From the IMG/VR virus record IMGVR_UViG_2848853605_000003: 64,000 nucleotides of DNA. The stretch is one strand, 5' to 3'. The notes under the pieces are model-generated. The model ran no database searches and had not been told where the DNA came from. It saw only the letters and a list, made by a program, of their open reading frames with translations. The DNA is from a virus. Below, in pieces: positions 17,879 through 26,482 of the stretch. The position numbers were made by a program, and so were the translations under genes. The first letter of the stretch is position 1, and the number at the start of each line of letters is the position of its first letter.

Positions 17879-18613
17879 ATGACAACCAACGTTTTCGACC
17901 GAGGCCCCGTTATCTTAGCAACAGACTCCAGGTGGTCCGCTAGGCTGCCAGGAAACAAAGGAATTTGTTATGTAGACGACACCGGATTCGACAAGCTCTT
18001 CGTTGATCGGAATGGGGGATTTGCCTGCAATTTTGCCGGTAGCGCTATTCTCATCGATCAGTGGAAGAACTGGCTCGCAAGCGACATGTCAACAGCGCCG
18101 CCTGACGTGTACTACAACGGGATTAGTATTTCAATTTGTCTTGTTGAGCGGGATGGGCAGTTGTCAATCGTAGAAAATCAGGACATTAACCATGAAGATG
18201 GGTCGAAGTTCGCTGGGTCTGGTGCATTGAATGCATACGAGTGTTGGAAAATGAACAAATCTGCAACTAAAGCCGTTGAATCGGCCAAAGTTCTAGACCC
18301 ATGTAGTGGAGGGAACGTAAAATCGGCGGATTTGCCTTCCGGCAGGCACAACGTCGAAAACGTTGCCAATCTTGAAGATGTTGTAGAAAGCCTTGTAAAG
18401 AAAGGGTTTGTTATGTATATCGCCAACCCACAACCTATCGAATTCGAAAAAGCTGCAGCCAACGATGCCGATGTGGCAAATCTCAAGGGTGCATTGGCCT
18501 CTGGAGCCGCCCAGATCTCCGCTCCGTACGATGCCATGTATCAAGATTGGAGTCCCGAGCAAAAAGCAAGGCTGAAGTCAGCACTGGATGGGCTCAAGGC
18601 TCGTCACAGGTAG
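17879..18613 (+). CDS. Ntn-hydrolase/proteasome-beta-like protein
   Basis: N-terminal Thr (MTT), LATDSR, FAGSG, DPCSGG. Confidence 0.55.
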   Translation: MTTNVFDRGPVILATDSRWSARLPGNKGICYVDDTGFDKLFVDRNGGFACNFAGSAILIDQWKNWLASDMSTAPPDVYYNGISISICLVERDGQLSIVENQDINHEDGSKFAGSGALNAYECWKMNKSATKAVESAKVLDPCSGGNVKSADLPSGRHNVENVANLEDVVESLVKKGFVMYIANPQPIEFEKAAANDADVANLKGALASGAAQISAPYDAMYQDWSPEQKARLKSALDGLKARHR

Positions 18614-18710
18614 TTTTGCATTGACCAGCATATCGGTATCAGGCAACACTCATACTAGGCGCTAGGCTGAGCCCACTCGTTCAGATAAAAACACTTGGCG
18701 CCCGCAGATC

Positions 18711-18733
18711 AGCCCGCACACGCGGGCTTTTTT
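18711..18733 (+). terminator. Intrinsic terminator
   Basis: AGCCCGC-ACAC-GCGGGCT followed by a T-run. Confidence 0.75.
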
Positions 18734-18803
18734 GCGTTCGATTTTGACGTAATGCCATCTTTGAATGGTGCCATGACATCTCTGCCGTAATCGACAATGC
18801 GGC

Positions 18804-19139
18804 ATGAATGTAAGAGGTGATCGAATCAGGGCCGAGCGCATGCGCCGCGGCTGGCGCCAAGAAGATCTTGGCCGGCGGGCCGGTTGCAGTCGGTCGATAG
18901 TTGCCGACCTGGAAAATGGGCGCAATCACGAGTCTACCAAGCTGCCGGGCATCGCCAAGGCGCTGGGGGTTTCGCTGACGTGGCTGGAGACGGGGAAGGG
19001 GCGCAAGACGCCCCTGGCGAGCACGGAGGCCCCTTACGTCTCCGCAGACTCGCTGGAGGATGTAGCTGAGCAGATGCTGAGCAAAGGGCCAGACGAGGTC
19101 TGGCGTTTGGTGCAGCTGCTGCTGACCACCGCACGCTGA
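18804..19139 (+). CDS. XRE-family HTH regulator
   Basis: GDRIRAER...QEDLGRRAGCSRSIVADLENG...IAKALGVSLTWLETG. Confidence 0.9.
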   Translation: MNVRGDRIRAERMRRGWRQEDLGRRAGCSRSIVADLENGRNHESTKLPGIAKALGVSLTWLETGKGRKTPLASTEAPYVSADSLEDVAEQMLSKGPDEVWRLVQLLLTTAR

Positions 19140-19203
19140 GAAATCGGCGGCGCGGTTTTCTGCGTCGTTGAAATGTCCTACCTTGAATAGACGAGGAGGG
19201 CTT

Positions 19204-19956
19204 ATGACGACAGCTATCGACCAGCTGCCGGAAGTGGCGGCGATATCCAACAACAGAATCAATGCAGCCATCTGCGCCGCGGCAGCGCTGCGCAGCATGC
19301 TTGTGCGCGCCAGAACGCGCGATGATCTGGATGCTGCTCTGGCGTTGATCTGCACCATTGCAGGCGGCGCACCAACGCTGCTGGCGACGTTCTACGGAAC
19401 CAAGGTACCGTCGCTGTACATCAACCACGGCTGGTCCGAGGAATGGCTGCGGCGGTATGTGGAGCAGGGCTATGGAAAGATAGATCCAGTTGCGCGCGCG
19501 ACTGCTGGTGAGCCGGCTGTTTGGTCGGAAAAGTTGTACGCCCCAGGGCTGACCCAGGCGCAGAGAAAGTTTGTCGCGGACAGTTCGCGGTATGGACTGA
19601 CGCATGGCCTGACCTACATCGCAGACAAGGGTGGCGGTGTTCGTTATGTGCTCTCAATCGTCGGTCGGCATGTCGAAGCGGACCGTGCGCTGCGTGATCT
19701 GCTCGAAATGCTGCTCCCCGATCTGGCCGAAGTCGCGCATAGAGTTTTTGCCTCAAACGCGCGGATTGCGAAAACTAGCAAGATTCAACAAACTGTTATC
19801 GATCTGTATTGTAAGCAAGGCTTTAAAAGGGCTGAGGTTGCATCAGCTTTAGGCAAGAGTGTCTTCACCGTTGATTATCACATCGGCAGGCTTATGGACA
19901 CATACGAGGCGGCCACTGTAGAGCAACTGATGTACAAGATCGGCGCATGCGAATAA
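19204..19956 (+). CDS. LuxR-family regulator with autoinducer(AHL)-binding domain
   Basis: WLRRY...DPV...VWS...GLTHG ligand-domain pattern; C-terminal EVASALGKSVFTVDYH HTH; RBS GAGGAGG. Confidence 0.85.
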   Translation: MTTAIDQLPEVAAISNNRINAAICAAAALRSMLVRARTRDDLDAALALICTIAGGAPTLLATFYGTKVPSLYINHGWSEEWLRRYVEQGYGKIDPVARATAGEPAVWSEKLYAPGLTQAQRKFVADSSRYGLTHGLTYIADKGGGVRYVLSIVGRHVEADRALRDLLEMLLPDLAEVAHRVFASNARIAKTSKIQQTVIDLYCKQGFKRAEVASALGKSVFTVDYHIGRLMDTYEAATVEQLMYKIGACE

Positions 19957-19983
19957 TGCATAGATTTTAAACTGATTGTTTGT

Positions 19984-20093
19984 AAATACGTATTTTTACT
20001 ATGTACAGTTTTTCTTACGATTTCTCGTAATGACCTGACAGATGTCAGGTGGGACAATATGGCCACAAAACAAGAAGATGTCAGTAATGACAT
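19984..20093 (+). promoter_or_regulatory. Cluster of palindromic sites including a lux-box-like element
   Basis: AAATACGTATTT (19984-19995), TTACGA-N4-TCGTAA (20015-20030), ACCTGACA-GA-TGTCAGGT (20033-20050), ATGTCA-N4-TGACAT (20078-20093). Confidence 0.6.
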
Positions 20094-20135
20094 ATGACAG
20101 ACGGCTACGATTGAGCACCTGAAACGGAGTTAGGA

Positions 20136-20333
20136 ATGCAGAGCAATTGCAATACCGCTCATGCGCCATGCGTGCATGCAGCAAACTGTCATCATCACAG
20201 AGCTGGTTTCGACGCGCGCGGGCCGGTAGTCGCCGAGGTGGCGCTCAGGCGCTATACGGACGGCACGCTAGAGTTCGTGCGGTACGGGGATGTGAGTAGT
20301 CTAGATTTGACCCAGGCCAGGTTTGCGGCCTAG
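20136..20333 (+). CDS. Small Cys/His-rich ORF (candidate antirepressor)
   Basis: 65 aa; RBS GGAGTTAGGA; convergent with the repressor gene. Confidence 0.5.
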   Translation: MQSNCNTAHAPCVHAANCHHHRAGFDARGPVVAEVALRRYTDGTLEFVRYGDVSSLDLTQARFAA

Positions 20334-20352
20334 AGGGTAGAGTGGGGCGACA

Positions 20353-20715
20353 TCAGTCGCCCTTTTTGTTTTCCTGCTCCATGAAGGCCTTGCGGAGCAG
20401 TTCGAACGCGTAGGCTTCGCCCTTTTCGCGCAGGAGCTTCACGAGCTCTTCTTCAGACTGCGCGGTAATCACGACCTGCTCCGGCGCCGGCGCATGTTCA
20501 CTGTCGTGGCTCCTGTCCATCCAGCCGTATTCCTGGCCGAGTGCATCTTCAAGCCGCCTGGCGACACCTCCGCCAATGCGTTTCTTACCGGCCTTGATCC
20601 GACTGATGTAGTTCGGCTCAACCTTAATCAACTTAGCAAGGCGCGCCGTCTCCCCCCTCTTTTCCAAAAAGGGCAGAAGGTTATTGAGTCGGATCTGGAA
20701 GATATCAATGCTCAT
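20353..20715 (-). CDS. Phage repressor (cI-like HTH, no S24 peptidase domain)
   Basis: IRLNNL...ARLAKLIKVEPNYISRIKAGKKRIGGGVARRLEDALG...GWMD; divergent from the replication operon and flanked by operators. Confidence 0.85.
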   Translation of the reverse strand: MSIDIFQIRLNNLLPFLEKRGETARLAKLIKVEPNYISRIKAGKKRIGGGVARRLEDALGQEYGWMDRSHDSEHAPAPEQVVITAQSEEELVKLLREKGEAYAFELLRKAFMEQENKKGD

Positions 20716-20735
20716 GCCCGAATGGTAGTCATAGC

Positions 20736-20813
20736 TTACCCATGGGGGTAGACGCCTAAAAGGTTCATTTATTGCATTGATGCTTGCATTATGGTAACCC
20801 ACAGGGTTATCCT
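20736..20813 (+). promoter_or_regulatory. PR-like promoter and operators
   Basis: TTACCC-ATG-GGGGTA (20736-20750), TAACCC-ACA-GGGTTA (20795-20809); TTGCAT-18-TATCCT. Confidence 0.75.
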
Positions 20814-20987
20814 TTCGTCGGTATGGCTCTGATGTGGAGATGGCCTAGTTGTCAAAGAACTCCCGCGTCGCGCTCCAAGGTGGCAGCCGGTCGAGACGCT
20901 GCAGCGGGTCTGGCTTGGTGCTGAGTGAAGTATGGCAAAGCGCTAAACCTTTGAAAATGATCACTTTTCAAGGAATTGTTGCGAACC

Positions 20988-21257
20988 ATGTTTTCCGAGA
21001 TCGATGTGGTTATCTACCAAGTCGTTGCCGACTGGAAGGAAAGGACCGGATTGAAACTGAGGCACTTGGCTGAAGAGCTGGGCATCAACCCCAACTCACT
21101 GAGGCGGAAGGTCAATCGGGACAAAGTTTCGCACTGTCCGGCGCGATTTTCTGTTGCGGAGCGCGCCAGGCTGTTCGAGGTCACTGGTGACAAGCGCCTG
21201 GTCCCATACCTGCCTCACGCTGCCGCCAACGGCTATGCGTTCGCGGAGGCCGCCTGA
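20988..21257 (+). CDS. CII-family HTH regulator
   Basis: LAEELGINPNSLRRKVN...VTGDKRL. Confidence 0.7.
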   Translation: MFSEIDVVIYQVVADWKERTGLKLRHLAEELGINPNSLRRKVNRDKVSHCPARFSVAERARLFEVTGDKRLVPYLPHAAANGYAFAEAA

Positions 21258-21769
21258 TGGCGGATCTGAGCGAGCAGGTGCACTTCAGCAGTAAGACGGA
21301 CGAGTGGCCGACGCCGCAGGAGCTGTTCGACCAGCTGCACGCGGAGTTTGGGTTCACGCTGGACGTCTGCGCCACGGCGGAGAACGCCAAGTGCGAGCGG
21401 TTTTTCACGCGGGAACAGGATGGGCTCGCTCAGGACTGGAGCCAGGACGTCGTCTGGATGAATCCGCCGTTCGGCCACCAAATCAAGCTGTGGATGGCCA
21501 AGGCGTACCGATCAAGCATCGACGGCGCGCTGGTGGTCTGCCTGGTGCCGGCGCGGACGGATACCCGCTGGTTCCACCGCCACGCGCTGAAAGCCGCGGA
21601 GATCCGCGCGCTGGACAAGCGGCTGCGGTTCGATGGGGCAAAGGCTAAGGCGCCGTTCCCGGCCGTGCTGGTGGTCTACAAGCCAGGCGAGAACGGGCAG
21701 TGCAAGTTGAGCGCGTACAAGGTGCCGGGCGCCGGCGGCCGGGCGCACGAGATCAAGGGAGGGGAGTGA
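21257..21769 (+). CDS. Phage DNA N6-adenine methyltransferase
   Basis: DEWPTPQELF...FTLDVCA...WMNPPF...LVPARTDTRWFH. Confidence 0.92.
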   Translation: MADLSEQVHFSSKTDEWPTPQELFDQLHAEFGFTLDVCATAENAKCERFFTREQDGLAQDWSQDVVWMNPPFGHQIKLWMAKAYRSSIDGALVVCLVPARTDTRWFHRHALKAAEIRALDKRLRFDGAKAKAPFPAVLVVYKPGENGQCKLSAYKVPGAGGRAHEIKGGE

Positions 21770-21975
21770 TGAGCGTCGAACAGTTGCAGCAGCAGATCAG
21801 TGCGCTGAATGGCGTAGTGGCTGGGCTGCGGGCGGACCTGGGGGCGATGCAGCAGCAGCTTTGCGAACTGATCGCGCAGCTGCCGCAAGCGATCAAGGCC
21901 GCGATAGCGAACGAACTCAGGCCGGGCGGAGTGCTTTATCGAGCCAAGCGTGGTGACGACACGCCTCGCGGATAG
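21769..21975 (+). CDS. Small coiled-coil hypothetical protein
   Basis: MSVEQLQQQI...LRPGGVLY; RBS GGAGGGG. Confidence 0.5.
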   Translation: MSVEQLQQQISALNGVVAGLRADLGAMQQQLCELIAQLPQAIKAAIANELRPGGVLYRAKRGDDTPRG

Positions 21976-22144
21976 CCATCTCCATGAGGACGCCGTAGCT
22001 CGACTACACCGCCATGTGGATGGGGATTTCTACATCAATGGTGACCACCGATCCGAGCTCGTCGTTATCGGCAGGAATCATTAACTCCACTGCGGCATAT
22101 CCGTTCGAGTGGTCGTATCTGATTTTGTTGATATAGGTCTTCAT
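21917..22144 (-). pseudogene. Counter-oriented small gene with an in-frame TAG
   Basis: MKTYINKIRYDHSNG...IPIHMAV, TAG at 22004-22006, then SSYGVLMEMAIREAC...RPA*. Confidence 0.35.
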
Positions 22145-22304
22145 ACAGCCCCTGCATGCAAATGGGATTTAAGCATATCAGAGGCTGCGCTTCGCAGTCA
22201 TGCAGGAAAAGAAAAACCCACCGTCAACGGCCTGGCCGGGCCTCGGGTGGGTTCAACTGAATTGGAGAAATTATGGCAACGAATACCGAAGGAGGCAAGC
22301 GGAA

Positions 22305-23087
22305 ATGAGCGCCAAAAACTTGCCTTGGCTGCGTCTCTATACCGAGATGGTGGACGACGAAAAACTGCGACTGCTGGCATTCGAGGATCGCTGGCACTAC
22401 GTCGCACTCTTGTGCCTGAAGGGCTCCGGTTTGCTCGATGACGCATGCTCTGCTGACCTGAAGCAGCGCCGCGTTGCGGTAAAGTTGGGTCTGTCCGTGC
22501 GCGAGGTCGAAGAGGTGGCGCGCCGCCTTGCAGAGGTTGAGTTAATTGACCGCGACACGCTCCAGCCCCTTGGCTGGGAGGGCCGGCAATTCCCCTCCGA
22601 CAAATCCACCGATCGGGTGAAAGCCTTCCGCGAGAGACAGAAAAAACAGGCTGAAACAGGTGATGAAACGGATGAAACGGGCGCGAAACGTTTCAGTAAC
22701 GGCCTAGATTTAGATTCAGATTTAGATTCAGATACAGAGTTAGAGAAAGACAAAAGCAATACGCCGCCGGCTGACGCCAGCGACGCCAAATCCAAGACCA
22801 TCACTGCCAGAGACCTGAAAGCAAAGGGAGTTCATCCCCAGCACGCCGCCGACTTCCTGGCTGTCCGCAAAGCCCAGCGCGCTCCGCTGACCGTCACGGC
22901 CCTTGAGAACATCGAGCGCGAGGCCGCCAAGGCGAAGCTGACGCTGGCCCAGGCCATCCAGATTGTCGCAGAGCGAGGCTGGCGAGGCTTCAAGGCCGAA
23001 TGGCTGCAGCGCGACCCTGACCGCACGCCGCCGGCGCCGCGCATCAACCAAACCCCCAAAGACTACGGCAAGAGCGGGAGGCTGTGA
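22305..23087 (+). CDS. Phage replication initiator (O-like)
   Basis: PWLRLYTEMVDDEK N-terminus; STDRVKAFRERQK; GWRGFKAEW C-terminus; RBS GGAGG. Confidence 0.85.
   Translation: MSAKNLPWLRLYTEMVDDEKLRLLAFEDRWHYVALLCLKGSGLLDDACSADLKQRRVAVKLGLSVREVEEVARRLAEVELIDRDTLQPLGWEGRQFPSDKSTDRVKAFRERQKKQAETGDETDETGAKRFSNGLDLDSDLDSDTELEKDKSNTPPADASDAKSKTITARDLKAKGVHPQHAADFLAVRKAQRAPLTVTALENIEREAAKAKLTLAQAIQIVAERGWRGFKAEWLQRDPDRTPPAPRINQTPKDYGKSGRL
22651..22746 (+). repeat. Probable replication origin iterons inside the initiator gene
   Basis: (T)GAAAC(A/G)G repeats plus TAGATT/CAGATT hexamer repeats (DLDSDLDSD). Confidence 0.65.
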
Positions 23088-23896
23088 TGGACGAGCTCAA
23101 ACCCATTGGCGCACTGCTGGCCGAAATCGTGCCGGCCACTCCGCGGGAGCGCGCAGAAACCTGCGAGCGGCACGGCCAGTTCACCGCACGCAATCCGATA
23201 GGCCGCGTCTGGACGCGCTGCCCAACCTGCGCTCAGGAGGCGAAAGACCTGGCCGACGCTGAGCAGCAGGCCCGTGAGAAGGCCCAGGCTGCCGAGCGCC
23301 AGCGCGCTGGCTGGCTGACCCTGTGCGGAAACTCGGGCATCCCGCTGCGGTTCCAGGATCGCACCCTGCAGAACTACCGCGCAGCGAATGACGGCCAGCG
23401 CATAGCCCTGGAGTTTGCCAAAGCCTATGCCGCTGAGTTTGAGCATGGCCATTCTGGCCGCTGCGCGATCTTCCTTGGCGAGTTTGGGACCGGCAAAACG
23501 CACCTGGCCTGCGGCATTGCACTTCGCATCATGCATCGCCACCAGTGCACGGCGGTTTTCACGACGCTGGACGAAATGGCGCGGCGCATCCGCGAGGCCA
23601 AGAGTTTCGACGCGGCCATGTCGGAGAGCAAGACGATCCGCCTCTACACAGACCCGGACCTGCTGATTATCGACGAAGTCGGCGTGCAGTCGGGCACCGA
23701 TACCGAAGCTCGCTCACTGTTCGCCGTTGTGAATGGCCGCTACGAGGCGCGCCGTCCGACTATCTTCCTGAGCAACCTGGATCGCGATGGCGTGGCCGCC
23801 AGCATCGGGCCGCGGCTGTACAGTCGGCTGCGCGAGGATGGGTGCGAGGTGTTGGTCTTCGATTGGGATGATTACCGCGCAATGGAGGCCGCATGA
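23087..23896 (+). CDS. DnaC/IstB-like helicase loader
   Basis: GEFGTGKTHLA Walker A, LLIIDEVG Walker B, N-terminal Zn motif. Confidence 0.9.
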   Translation: MDELKPIGALLAEIVPATPRERAETCERHGQFTARNPIGRVWTRCPTCAQEAKDLADAEQQAREKAQAAERQRAGWLTLCGNSGIPLRFQDRTLQNYRAANDGQRIALEFAKAYAAEFEHGHSGRCAIFLGEFGTGKTHLACGIALRIMHRHQCTAVFTTLDEMARRIREAKSFDAAMSESKTIRLYTDPDLLIIDEVGVQSGTDTEARSLFAVVNGRYEARRPTIFLSNLDRDGVAASIGPRLYSRLREDGCEVLVFDWDDYRAMEAA

Positions 23897-24330
23897 GCCG
23901 GGAAACGCTCACCATCCAGACCGGCGCCGAGCTCCGGCCGCTCATGGCCCGCGCATATCAGCTGGCGTGCCAGATGCTGAATGAGGCTTCCGACGGCAGG
24001 GGCCTGAAGGTAACGATCCAGACCGCCAGTCGGCGCAACCTGAGCCAGAACGCTGCCATGTGGGCCGCGCTGACGGACATCAGCGAGCAACTGGACTGGT
24101 ATGGCAACAAGCTGACGGCGGAGGAATGGAAAGACCTGCTGACCGCCAGTCTGCGCCGGACCAAGGTGGTGCCGAACATCGACGGCAGCGGGTTCGCGAT
24201 CCTCGGGCAGCGCACCAGCGACATGAGCGTCCGGGAGATGGGTGAGCTGCTGGAGTTAATCCATGCGTTCGGCGCGGAGAAGGGTGTGAAATTCGGGCTG
24301 GGCGCAGCGTATGGGAGGAAGGCGGCATGA
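23893..24330 (+). CDS. ninB: NinB recombination protein
   Basis: RNLSQNAAMWAALTDISEQ...EEWKD...TSDMSVREMGELLELI.AFGAE. Confidence 0.9.
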   Translation: MSRETLTIQTGAELRPLMARAYQLACQMLNEASDGRGLKVTIQTASRRNLSQNAAMWAALTDISEQLDWYGNKLTAEEWKDLLTASLRRTKVVPNIDGSGFAILGQRTSDMSVREMGELLELIHAFGAEKGVKFGLGAAYGRKAA

Positions 24331-24424
24331 CAGAGCATCAGCAAGCGGTGGCCGTAGTGCTGCTGACTGCGGCCATAACCCTGGCCGGCGCCTGGGCGCT
24401 GGGCCTCGTACACGGGAGAGGGCT

Positions 24425-24811
24425 ATGAGCACTGCAACCCCATCAAAAGTTGTGCCGCGCCCCGGCTCCACGCCCGGCACTGGCCGGCGCGACACTGGGC
24501 GCATCGCCAGCAAGGCCATCCGCGACAGCGCCGCGGGCGAGGCCTGCACCCTGCAGATCGCCGGTATCTGCAACGGCCGCACCGACACCACGGTCCTGTG
24601 CCATCTGCCGGACGAAAGCCACGGCATGGCGCGCAAGGCTGACGATGTTTCCAGCTGCTACGGCTGCAGCGCCTGCCATGACGCCATCGACGGCCGCGCA
24701 CCGCACGCCTGGCAGCCGGGCGAGAAGGATTTCTATATGCGCCGCGGGATGGTGCGTACCTGGCGCCGGCTGATGGCCAAGGGATTGATCGTGATAAAGG
24801 GGGCTGCATGA
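24425..24811 (+). CDS. DUF1364/YbcO-like HNH-type nuclease
   Basis: AAGEACTLQIAGIC...TTVLCH...YGCSACHDAIDGR. Confidence 0.85.
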   Translation: MSTATPSKVVPRPGSTPGTGRRDTGRIASKAIRDSAAGEACTLQIAGICNGRTDTTVLCHLPDESHGMARKADDVSSCYGCSACHDAIDGRAPHAWQPGEKDFYMRRGMVRTWRRLMAKGLIVIKGAA

Positions 24812-24996
24812 GGTGGGAGCGGCAGGGCGAATGCCTGGCATGCGGCGACTGGCGGATTTTCCGCTACGCCCTGGCCGATCCGCCGTTTTACGAGCTGTGG
24901 CGCTGGCCGCAGTACCTGGGCCAATACAAGACCTCGGACGGGGCGAAAGCAGAAGCAGCAAGGCTGATGGACGAAAGGGAAATGAATGAAGCTTAA
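24808..24996 (+). CDS. Small hypothetical protein
   Basis: Coupled 62-aa ORF. Confidence 0.5.
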   Translation: MRWERQGECLACGDWRIFRYALADPPFYELWRWPQYLGQYKTSDGAKAEAARLMDEREMNEA

Positions 24997-26482
24997 TTGC
25001 CCGAATTGCAACGACGCCGGCCCGCATGGTGTTCACTCCGCGGCGGCGCAGCGCTACATGTGCAAGGCTTGTGGCCGGACGTTCCGCGCCCGCGCCGCCC
25101 AGGCGGCGACTGTGGCCAAGCCGGCGGACGGCAACAAATTCGTCGTCACCTGCGCCGTGTCGGGCTCGCCGGTTCACGCCTCGTTCCTGAAGTCGCTGCA
25201 GCAATATTGCCGCGAGAACGGCGCGAGGCTGATCGTCGTGCCGGTGGCATACCGCAACCCGACCAGCAACCTCGAAAAACCTCATGAGTGGTTTGCGCCG
25301 GAGCTGGCCCGGTACATGACCGCCGACCGGCTGGAGCTATGCCCCGGCGTCCTGCTGCTGGCCGATGTGCCGACCCAGCCGACCGCGGTTCGCCCGTTGT
25401 CCGGCCTGCACACGATGAGCGGCGAAAGTCACGGCATCTTCGCTCACCCCAAGATCGCGCTGGAAAGCGTGCCGGTTGCCATCGGCCGCGCCGCCAAGCT
25501 GGTGATGACCACCGGCGCCGTCACCGAACCGGTCTACAGCAAGAGCAAAGCCGGCAAGAAGGGCGAGTTCCACCAAGTGCAGGGCGCCGTTGTGGTGGAG
25601 TGGGACGGCCGCACCGCCCATTTCCGCCACCTGAACGCCGCCAAAGACGGCTCGTTCTGTGACCTAGACAAGAAATACAGCGCCAGCAATGCCAAGCGGG
25701 CCAGCCATCGCGCCAAGGTGCTGGCCCTGGGCGACCTGCACGGCGATCGACACGACCGGCAGGTGATGGAGGCGACTGTTTTCGGCCCGGACAGCATCGT
25801 CAGCGTGCTGCGGCCAGAAACCATCGTCCTGCATGACGTCCTGGATTTCCAAAGCGCCGGCCACCACAACGACTATTTCGACCGATTCCGCCTGCGTCGC
25901 GCCGGCAACGATGATGTCTATGGCGAGCTGTGCACCACAGCGGATCTGCTGGGCCGTATCGCCGCCACTGGCGCCCAGGTGGTGCTGGCGGCGTCCAACC
26001 ACAACGAACACATCTACCGCTGGCTCGAAAACCACCAGAACGCCCAGGACGTGCAAAACGCCATCGTGTACCACGAAACCAAGCTGGCCATGCTCAACGC
26101 CATGGCGGCCGGGGGCGAGCTTGACCCGCTGGAATACTGGGTCCGCAAGCTGCTGCCCGACAGCAGCAACATCCGATTCCTGCGGCGCAATGAGTCGTTC
26201 ATGGTCGATGGCGTGGAATACGGCCAGCACGGCGACAAGGGCATCAACGGCGCGCGCGGCAGCCTGCACGGTATGACCAAGGCCGGCGCCAAGCTGGTGA
26301 TTGGCCATTCGCACACGCCGGGCATCGCCGACGGCGTCTATCAGGTCGGCACGTCCTCGCTGCTGCAGATGGGGTACAACACCGGGCTGTCTGGCTGGCG
26401 GCACACGCATTGCGTCCAGTACACATCGGGCAAGCGCAGCCTGCTGCATGTGGTCAATGGGAAGTGGAGGGCGGCGGCGTGA
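24986..26482 (+). CDS. Zn-ribbon plus calcineurin-like phosphoesterase (T5 A1-like)
   Basis: CPNC/CKAC ribbon; GDLH, HDVLD, SNHNE, HGD, GHSH motifs; TTGAVT...KAGKKGEFH. Confidence 0.7.
   Translation: MKLNCPNCNDAGPHGVHSAAAQRYMCKACGRTFRARAAQAATVAKPADGNKFVVTCAVSGSPVHASFLKSLQQYCRENGARLIVVPVAYRNPTSNLEKPHEWFAPELARYMTADRLELCPGVLLLADVPTQPTAVRPLSGLHTMSGESHGIFAHPKIALESVPVAIGRAAKLVMTTGAVTEPVYSKSKAGKKGEFHQVQGAVVVEWDGRTAHFRHLNAAKDGSFCDLDKKYSASNAKRASHRAKVLALGDLHGDRHDRQVMEATVFGPDSIVSVLRPETIVLHDVLDFQSAGHHNDYFDRFRLRRAGNDDVYGELCTTADLLGRIAATGAQVVLAASNHNEHIYRWLENHQNAQDVQNAIVYHETKLAMLNAMAAGGELDPLEYWVRKLLPDSSNIRFLRRNESFMVDGVEYGQHGDKGINGARGSLHGMTKAGAKLVIGHSHTPGIADGVYQVGTSSLLQMGYNTGLSGWRHTHCVQYTSGKRSLLHVVNGKWRAAA

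Noticed and set aside
19990..20010. LexA/SOS box before the small ORF
   Set aside because: Only the ACAG half-site is present; there is no CTGT-N8-ACAG.
20951..20971. Fur box upstream of cII
   Set aside because: Only about 11 of 19 positions match the consensus; kept as an unassigned palindrome.
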